Assembly (NCBI RefSeq): GCF_963674485.2
Contig: NZ_CAXXKW010000002.1
From: an uncultured Methanolobus sp.
GTDB taxonomy: Archaea; Halobacteriota; Methanosarcinia; Methanosarcinales; Methanosarcinaceae
Direction: 5' to 3' (one strand)
Length of the DNA: 24,000 nt
A program made the position numbers and the translations under genes. The notes under the pieces are model-generated. The model made no database searches and was not told the origin of the DNA. It worked only from the letters and a program-made list of their open reading frames with translations. Position 1 is the stretch's first letter, and every line of letters begins with the position of its first letter. This document shows positions 18,455-24,000 of this stretch, piece after piece.

Positions 18455-19276
18455 ATGGCAAAGATTGGATTTATTAAACTCGGTAACTTAGGTATGAGCC
18501 AGGTCATAGACCTCGTTCAGGATGAGATTGCAGCAAGAGAAGGAATTACTATCCGTTCTTTTGGAACCGGTCCTAAAATGGGCAAAGACGAAGCAGCAGC
18601 AACAGCAGAACTCAAAAACTTCGATGCTGACTTCTACGTAATGATCAGCCCAAACTCAAGCGCACCAGGTCCAACCGCAGCTCGTGAGATATACAAGGAT
18701 GTTCCATGTATCGTTATCTCAGACGGTCCAACAAAGAAGGAAGACCGCGCAGCACTTGAGGAAGCTGGCTTTGGTTACATTATCATGACCGTTGACCCGC
18801 TCATCGGTGCAAAGACCGAGTTCCTTGACGCTGTAGAGATGGCATCATTCAACTCTGACGCAATGAAAGTGCTTTCAACCTGTGGTGTTGTAAGACTTAT
18901 TCAGGAAGAGCTCGACAAAGTTGCCGCAATGGCAGACGAAGGCAAGGCACTCGAACTTCCACACATTCTCGCAAAGCCAGAGAAGTGTATCGAGAGAGCA
19001 GGTTTCAACAACCCATACGCAAAGGCAAAGGCACTTGCAGCTCTTCACATGGCTGACATGGTCGCAAAGATTAACTTCCCTGCATGCTTCATGATGAAGG
19101 AGATCGAGCAGGTAACCCTCACAACAGCAGCAGGTCATGAGATGATGCGCGCAGCAGCACAGCTGGCAATCGACGCAAGAGAGATCGAGAAATCAAATGA
19201 CAATGTCTTCAGACAGCCACACGCAAAGAAAGGCCACCTGATGACCAAGACCGCTCTCTACGAGAAGCCACAGTAA
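18455..19276 (+). CDS. mtd: F420-dependent methylenetetrahydromethanopterin dehydrogenase
   Basis: MAKIGFIKLGNLG..., ISPNSSAPGPTAAREI, DPLIGAKTEFLD..EMASFNSD, NPYAKAKALAA and AIDAREIEKSND are full-length matches to the Mtd family as I recall it. At 273 aa the length is typical. Confidence 0.92.
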   Translation: MAKIGFIKLGNLGMSQVIDLVQDEIAAREGITIRSFGTGPKMGKDEAAATAELKNFDADFYVMISPNSSAPGPTAAREIYKDVPCIVISDGPTKKEDRAALEEAGFGYIIMTVDPLIGAKTEFLDAVEMASFNSDAMKVLSTCGVVRLIQEELDKVAAMADEGKALELPHILAKPEKCIERAGFNNPYAKAKALAALHMADMVAKINFPACFMMKEIEQVTLTTAAGHEMMRAAAQLAIDAREIEKSNDNVFRQPHAKKGHLMTKTALYEKPQ

Positions 19277-19307
19277 AGTACCTTCATGGTACTTACTTTT
19301 TCTTTTT
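19276..19307 (+). terminator. Hairpin plus T-tract immediately after the mtd stop
   Basis: AAGTACC (19276-19282) pairs with GGTACTT (19288-19294) around a 5-nt loop, followed by ACTTTTTCTTTTT (19295-19307). Confidence 0.45.
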
Positions 19308-19487
19308 ATGGATGCTCTTTCTGTAATTCTGACCGCTATCGGTCTCTTTGTGTTATTTGTTCTCTTCACTGCCTATTTCCTTAAAAGTTACCTTGTCATG
19401 AATTCCAGTGGCAATGCAGGCGAGGAAAATGGGTCATTGAATAAAGAGGAACCGTCTGTTAGTCCTGAACTGGATGAGCAGAAGTGA
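19308..19487 (+). CDS. Possible small membrane protein (59 aa: one N-terminal transmembrane helix plus an acidic tail)
   Basis: ATG 19308 to TGA 19485-19487 encodes MDALSVILTAIGLFVLFVLFTAYFLKSYLVMNSSGNAGEENGSLNKEEPSVSPELDEQK. It is just below the track's apparent length cutoff (no listed ORF is shorter than 60 aa). Weak points: it starts directly after a terminator-like T-tract, and it has no Shine-Dalgarno motif or own promoter. Confidence 0.3.
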   Translation: MDALSVILTAIGLFVLFVLFTAYFLKSYLVMNSSGNAGEENGSLNKEEPSVSPELDEQK

Positions 19488-19537
19488 ATTAAAAAAGGCC
19501 GGGTAGTCCGGCATTGCATATATTCTGAACTGGAATT

Positions 19538-20131
19538 TTATTTTGGCTCTTCCTTAGCCCTTGGCATTGCTATTATTTCTCTTACCTGAAGGCCAAAGAA
19601 ATCAAAGGAATGTGCAGGTCTGACAACAACTGATACATCAGCTCCTTGTCTTGTTCCGCCGATTGCTATTATTTCTGTATCAAGGGACACAGGTATGTGG
19701 CCAGAATCAGCTGCCATCATTACGCACTCAAGTGCAACCTTGAATCCCTTTCCAAAGACTGTGCGTAATGTATCGGATATCACATCTGCACGGCTGGCGC
19801 CACCAATGCGCTTCTGAATAGCACGTTCCACGCCTGAGAACATGTGTGACTGGGTTGTCATTACAACACCAAGCTCGTTGAGTTTCTCAAGCTTGTCCTC
19901 GTCAACTTCCCATTTTCCACTTTCTTTCAGGCCGTACTGGTGGGTTATGGCGATAATCTTTACATCCTGGTCCTTGAATGCCTCTGCGGCTATGAGTGCA
20001 GTCTCCCCGCTTGTACTTGCCAGAACCACATGTTTTATTCCAAGTTCTGCTGCTCTTTTTGCAGATAATTTCATTACCTCTTCTGTATTTGCTTTACCAA
20101 CATCGTCAAAATATGTTATTGATTTATCCAC
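19538..20131 (-). CDS. Uncharacterized protein resembling the pyruvate kinase C-terminal alpha/beta domain (PK_C-like)
   Basis: ITYFDDVGKANTEEVMKLSAKRAAELGIKHVVLASTSGETA...GGTRQGADVSVVV matches my recollection of stand-alone archaeal PK_C-like proteins. I prefer GTG 20131 (GGTGA lies 4 nt upstream) to the track start at 20200. Confidence 0.6.
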   Translation of the reverse strand: MDKSITYFDDVGKANTEEVMKLSAKRAAELGIKHVVLASTSGETALIAAEAFKDQDVKIIAITHQYGLKESGKWEVDEDKLEKLNELGVVMTTQSHMFSGVERAIQKRIGGASRADVISDTLRTVFGKGFKVALECVMMAADSGHIPVSLDTEIIAIGGTRQGADVSVVVRPAHSFDFFGLQVREIIAMPRAKEEPK

Positions 20132-20277
20132 GTTATCACCTTTGATTTCTGAATAACAATTGCTCTGCTTCTCACATATAAGTTTAATTAATGAACGCAA
20201 ACGATGCTCTTATCTATAAGCTGGCTGTTATATTAATATAAGGGAGTTTAGCAAGTCGTATTTTTAAAGGTGATAGT

Positions 20278-21024
20278 TTGGCAGTAACAGATTATGATAA
20301 TAACAATGTAAAGATCATAACCACAGATATAAAATCCGAAAATCCTGTTTTGGTAGAGGGTTTTCCGGGAATCGGTCTTGTAGGTAATATTGCAAGCCAG
20401 CAGATTATCGATGAACTGAAGATGGAATACCTGGGTTCCATTGACTCCAGGCATTTCCCGCCCATTGCGGTTCTCTACGAGGGTCTTATAAACATGCCTG
20501 TGCGGATATACGAAAGTGTTGAGCACAATATGGTGATGATCGTTTCGGATATACCTATCAATCCGGTAGTGGCCTATGATATAAGTAAAGCTCTTCTGGA
20601 ATGGGCACAATCCATCAATGTCAAGGAAATAGTCTCCCTCGCAGGCATTGCAACCATGAGCGAAGACCACAAGGTCTTTGGTGCTGCAACAACCCTTGAA
20701 ATGTTGGAAAGGATAAAGGACAAGGTAGAGCTTTTCCAGATGGGCACAATTTCCGGTATCTCCGGCAGTATCATGGGAGAATGCTTTGTGCGCAAAATGC
20801 CTGCGATAAGTCTCCTGGGTTCCACCATGAGCCAGAATCCCGATCCACGGGCGGCAGCAGTGGTAATTGATGTCCTGAACATTCTTTATGATTTAAAGAT
20901 CGATACTGAAAGTCTTATTGAACAGGCAGAGAAGATCGAGATCGAGATGCAGCGGCTGGCTGAGGATGTAAGGACCGCTGAACAGCCTACCGGACCAAGA
21001 AAAGAGTTCCCTATGTACGGGTGA
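20278..21024 (+). CDS. PAC2-family proteasome assembly chaperone/activator (PbaA/PbaB-like) with a C-terminal HbYX motif
   Basis: VEGFPGIGLVGNIASQQII is the PAC2-family N-terminal signature. A coiled C-terminal segment ends in ...EFPMYG (hydrophobic-Tyr-X). TTG start with GGTGA 4 nt upstream. Confidence 0.75.
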   Translation: MAVTDYDNNNVKIITTDIKSENPVLVEGFPGIGLVGNIASQQIIDELKMEYLGSIDSRHFPPIAVLYEGLINMPVRIYESVEHNMVMIVSDIPINPVVAYDISKALLEWAQSINVKEIVSLAGIATMSEDHKVFGAATTLEMLERIKDKVELFQMGTISGISGSIMGECFVRKMPAISLLGSTMSQNPDPRAAAVVIDVLNILYDLKIDTESLIEQAEKIEIEMQRLAEDVRTAEQPTGPRKEFPMYG

Positions 21025-21028
21025 TAAC

Positions 21029-21418
21029 ATGGAATATGTTGCTTTAACAGGAATATCTGAACGTGTTATATCTGAACTAAGGCAAAATAGGCTTCTTACT
21101 ATTGAAATAAGAAACCCTTATAATTTCATGGCTGCTCTGCATCTGAATGTAGGTGATATGTTATTACTTACGCACACAAGTCCTGAGGACCTTACAGGTG
21201 GAAGTATGGGGATAGTTGCAAAATTGGTCAGGCATCAGATATCGACTCATCGGCTGACGCAGAGCAATGAGCTTTACTATGAAGAACGTGAAACCACAAG
21301 TCTCAGGTTACAGCTTGACCCCAAATGTATTGCACGTGTGCGTAAAGTGCTGAACAATACGATGGGTGAAGCTACAAAGGTCGAGGCGGAAGAGATTCCT
21401 CTCTATAATGCCAGATAA
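21029..21418 (+). CDS. Hypothetical protein (129 aa), translationally coupled to the PAC2 gene
   Basis: The ATG lies 4 nt after the PAC2 stop, within a GGTGATAACATG context, so the Shine-Dalgarno motif contains the upstream TGA. I recognise no family motif. Confidence 0.55.
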   Translation: MEYVALTGISERVISELRQNRLLTIEIRNPYNFMAALHLNVGDMLLLTHTSPEDLTGGSMGIVAKLVRHQISTHRLTQSNELYYEERETTSLRLQLDPKCIARVRKVLNNTMGEATKVEAEEIPLYNAR

Positions 21419-21427
21419 AATACGAAT

Positions 21428-22054
21428 TCAGTCAAATGTTGCAGGGATATTCTTTAATCCCTCTTCTATTGTTTTTACCAATTCGTAACTGATACCAACA
21501 GGTACTTCTTCATTAGCATAGCCGCTATGTTTTCTTGAACCTTTGCATCCGTAGGATATGCCAATTCCTTCCTCAAGTGGTCTTGCAGTACAATCGCCGC
21601 ATATGGATGCTGCACCAATGGATTTTGATGTGATCCCTTCGCCGTAATGGTATGCATATGCCTGTATTATCTTCATCGCACTCTCCGGTTTGAGATAAAG
21701 TAAGAGTACATCGAATATCCCTTCGTTATCTTTCAAAGGCTCAATTCTTAGGGATTTAAATCCTTTTTTAATTCTTGGAAGGGAGTTCACCGCATTTTGT
21801 GCAGTCTTCATGTCTTTGTACCTGCGGGATTTCAGGTAATAGTCTGCCGGACCGTTTTCACTTATACCCAGTATATAATCTCCAGGCCTGCATCGCTGGT
21901 GTTCCATAAGGAATGATTCTCCTTCTCTTGCCATGTGTACAAGTTCACAGTACAGGAAGTCAGATGTGCTTCCTTCCTCTTCACAAAGCGTAATGCATAC
22001 AGGTTCGCCATGGTCCATGAGTGCCTTAATAATGGGGTATCTGCATGAGTTCAT
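21428..22054 (-). CDS. DUF169-family protein (COG2043-like, Cys-containing, function unknown)
   Basis: The C-terminal pattern IGAASICGDCTARPL...GISYGCKGSRKHSGYANEEVPVGISYELV is the pattern I associate with DUF169. The ATG overlaps the nfi stop by 4 nt. Confidence 0.6.
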   Translation of the reverse strand: MNSCRYPIIKALMDHGEPVCITLCEEEGSTSDFLYCELVHMAREGESFLMEHQRCRPGDYILGISENGPADYYLKSRRYKDMKTAQNAVNSLPRIKKGFKSLRIEPLKDNEGIFDVLLLYLKPESAMKIIQAYAYHYGEGITSKSIGAASICGDCTARPLEEGIGISYGCKGSRKHSGYANEEVPVGISYELVKTIEEGLKNIPATFD

Positions 22055-22782
22055 TCTTTGACCTCTTCTTCTGATGCTAGTTTCTTTACTTCATTTGCAT
22101 ACATATGCGCAAGCCTCGTAGGTTCGGGAAGCTTGTATCCTTTCAGACAGTGTTTTACAATTTCCAGGCAGCTTTCCAGGGATACTTTATGTCCGGGTGC
22201 AACTATTATGTGATTACTCCTTTTATTGCTTTTCAGTAACCAGCCAACCTGTTCCTCATTGTATATCAACTTCCGGGATTCTCCGACTTCTACGGGTGTT
22301 TCCCAAATGCCGCAAAGTGTCTTCTTCGAAACACCTATTGTCGGCACATCCATTACAACACCGAAGTAACTTGCCATTCCTGCTCTTGTCGGATGATTGA
22401 TGCCACAGGAATCAAACATTACCATGTCCGGCTTGTTCCCAAGTTCTAAAAAAGTAGATGCAATGGCTTTTCCTTCCCTGAAGTTCAGGTAGGTGGGAAT
22501 GTACGGAAAAACCACTTTCTGTACGGTATATTTCTTTTCTATGACTTCAAGGCTGTTATAGTCCAGGACAACCATAACACAGACGATCCTATCATCGAGG
22601 TATGCGCAGTCTGTGCCAGCTATCCTGTCTATATTCCCATAGCCATCCACAATACTCAAATTATGTATGGCTGTTTCCTGAAGGTTTCTGAGTTCTTTCA
22701 GTGTACGGGAACCGGGATTGAACCAGTGGTCCAGTTCGTTCTTATTCGATGGTTGCCCGTACAGTTGTGAATACCGGTCCAC
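22051..22782 (-). CDS. nfi: Endonuclease V (deoxyinosine 3' endonuclease)
   Basis: IAGTDCAY (catalytic Asp region), FPYIPTYLNFREG, and MFDSCGINHPTRAGMASYFGVVMDVPTIGVSKK are canonical EndoV motifs. The only ATG start (22782) overlaps the sepS 3' end by 41 nt. Confidence 0.88.
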   Translation of the reverse strand: MDRYSQLYGQPSNKNELDHWFNPGSRTLKELRNLQETAIHNLSIVDGYGNIDRIAGTDCAYLDDRIVCVMVVLDYNSLEVIEKKYTVQKVVFPYIPTYLNFREGKAIASTFLELGNKPDMVMFDSCGINHPTRAGMASYFGVVMDVPTIGVSKKTLCGIWETPVEVGESRKLIYNEEQVGWLLKSNKRSNHIIVAPGHKVSLESCLEIVKHCLKGYKLPEPTRLAHMYANEVKKLASEEEVKE

Positions 22783-24000
22783 GGATGTCTATCTTCTTTT
22801 TGTTGCTTGTGATGTATCGCTGTGCAAGTGGCTCAAGACGGATGTTTATCTCAGAAGGCACTTTCACTATCCTTACTCTTGTCTCAACTTCGCTCTCACC
22901 GTTTGCAACAGCATCCTCTATGTCCTTTGCTGCCTGACATGCGAATGCATCAAGGAACCTCACGCCTGTCCTTGCGGAGTGATTCTCGAGTACTTCCTTC
23001 CATTTCTTGTTATCAGGTACTCCGAGAATGTCGCTGTTATAGGTGACCACTTCATTGAACACAGCAGGTCCGCAGAGTTTAGTTTCTTCCTCTGGCTCAA
23101 TGACTGCCACTTTTACTGTCTTTCCGTTGATGCTACCTTCCCATGCAGGGAACTCACATGGGCTTGGAGTTGCTGCATACTCTTCACAAACTGCTACAAT
23201 TGCTTTTACGATCTCTTTGCCTTCTGTGGTTTCCGGGACATTCTCCACGTATGTCATCCTTGCAAGCTCGTTATCGGTCATCTTCCACTCAGAATATTGT
23301 GGTATCTGTGGGTATGTGAGTGAACGGATGTCAGTTGCATCATGGAGTATCATTGCCAGTCTTTCTACTCCAAGTCCGAGGTTCATCACAGGGTAGGGTA
23401 TATTGTACTGGGAGAGGGCCGTAGGCGAGTAAATACCAAAGGTTGCTATCTCTATCCATCCGTCGGAGTATTTGGTCTTAGAACCGACCAGATTAGGATG
23501 ATATGCAAATACCTCTATCTGGGTGTCAGGCACATAGTATTTGCTGCGCTTGTCATCTGGCCTGAACATGAACTTCTCAAAACCGAACTGTGAAAGCAAG
23601 CCCTGCGCGACTGCCTTTCCGTGGTCGATGGTGACATTCTCATCCATTATCACACAGGATGCGGAGTAGTATGTCATGAGGCGTGCAGCGTCTTCATCCT
23701 GTTCCCTTCTGAAACAGCGGTCAATGGAGAAGAAATTGAATGGCGGGTTTGCACGTTCGATAACAGATGAAAGACTGATGAACCAGCCTGATGTCATATG
23801 ACTTCTGAGTGTCTTCTTTGTCGCCTGTGGTATGAGCTCTTTGAACTCAGGGAAAACCTGGTCTATCATCTCAACAACAAGTGAATCTGATATGCTTATT
23901 CCTGAGGCGATCTCCGGTACAAGGTCATCTCCTTCCACATCTCCTTTCTTGTATGCATGAAGGACCTTCCTGATGGTCTCAATGGCTTCATCATCAATAT
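22742..24000 (-). CDS. sepS: O-phosphoseryl-tRNA(Cys) ligase (SepRS), C-terminal roughly 420 codons; the N-terminus lies beyond the window
   Basis: LRSHMTSGWF, FSIDRCFRREQ.EDA..LMTYYSASCVIM and NLGLGVERLAMIL are class II core motifs characteristic of SepRS. The frame stays open to the window edge, upstream of the track's internal Met at 23938. Confidence 0.9.
   Translation of the reverse strand, partial: IDDEAIETIRKVLHAYKKGDVEGDDLVPEIASGISISDSLVVEMIDQVFPEFKELIPQATKKTLRSHMTSGWFISLSSVIERANPPFNFFSIDRCFRREQDEDAARLMTYYSASCVIMDENVTIDHGKAVAQGLLSQFGFEKFMFRPDDKRSKYYVPDTQIEVFAYHPNLVGSKTKYSDGWIEIATFGIYSPTALSQYNIPYPVMNLGLGVERLAMILHDATDIRSLTYPQIPQYSEWKMTDNELARMTYVENVPETTEGKEIVKAIVAVCEEYAATPSPCEFPAWEGSINGKTVKVAVIEPEEETKLCGPAVFNEVVTYNSDILGVPDNKKWKEVLENHSARTGVRFLDAFACQAAKDIEDAVANGESEVETRVRIVKVPSEINIRLEPLAQRYITSNKKKIDIRGPVFTTVRATIE

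Noticed and set aside
22718-23396. 201-aa Cys-rich and 117-aa plus-strand ORFs antisense to sepS
   Set aside because: The opposite strand encodes unmistakable SepRS motifs. The antisense ORFs have no recognisable domains and have odd composition.
4311-24000. tRNA-Cys, serB (phosphoserine phosphatase) and sepS read together as a phosphoserine/cysteine island
   Set aside because: The three genes lie in separate transcription units spread over about 19 kb, with unrelated genes and opposite orientations between them. Co-location in one window is most simply coincidence.

Overview
This is a chromosomal segment from a methanogenic archaeon of the Methanosarcinales type, judged from archaeal rRNA signatures plus mtd, sepS, tgtA and Trk genes. 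The organism assignment is an inference from sequence reading only. Reading left to right, the window holds: the 3' two-thirds of a 16S rRNA, tRNA-Ala(UGC), 23S rRNA, tRNA-Cys(GCA) and 5S rRNA; a 1001-bp IS5-type insertion sequence with an 8-bp target-site duplication just downstream of the 5S gene; trkA and trkH; tgtA; a tightly coupled three-gene operon of a UbiA prenyltransferase, a divergent geranylgeranyl-reductase-family flavoprotein and a radical SAM/SPASM-like enzyme; a coiled-coil protein and serB; a six-gene stressosome-type partner-switching cluster; mtd; a PK_C-like protein; a PAC2-type proteasome chaperone with a coupled unknown ORF; and a minus-strand sepS-nfi-DUF169 string. The most interesting region is 14.7-18.3 kb. 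It carries a complete bacterial-style stressosome module in an organism with no sigma factors: a PAS-STAS RsbR-like protein, an RsbS-like protein, an RsbT-like kinase, a second GHKL kinase and an RsbX-like PP2C. Its apparent output is a soluble histidine kinase whose N-terminus resembles the RsbT-docking domain of RsbU. The junction between the PP2C and the kinase is anomalous. The two genes share one reading frame and are separated by a single TGA, and the first helix of the docking domain is encoded upstream of any canonical start codon. All ORF-track entries inside the rRNA operon, and most antisense ORFs, are spurious.
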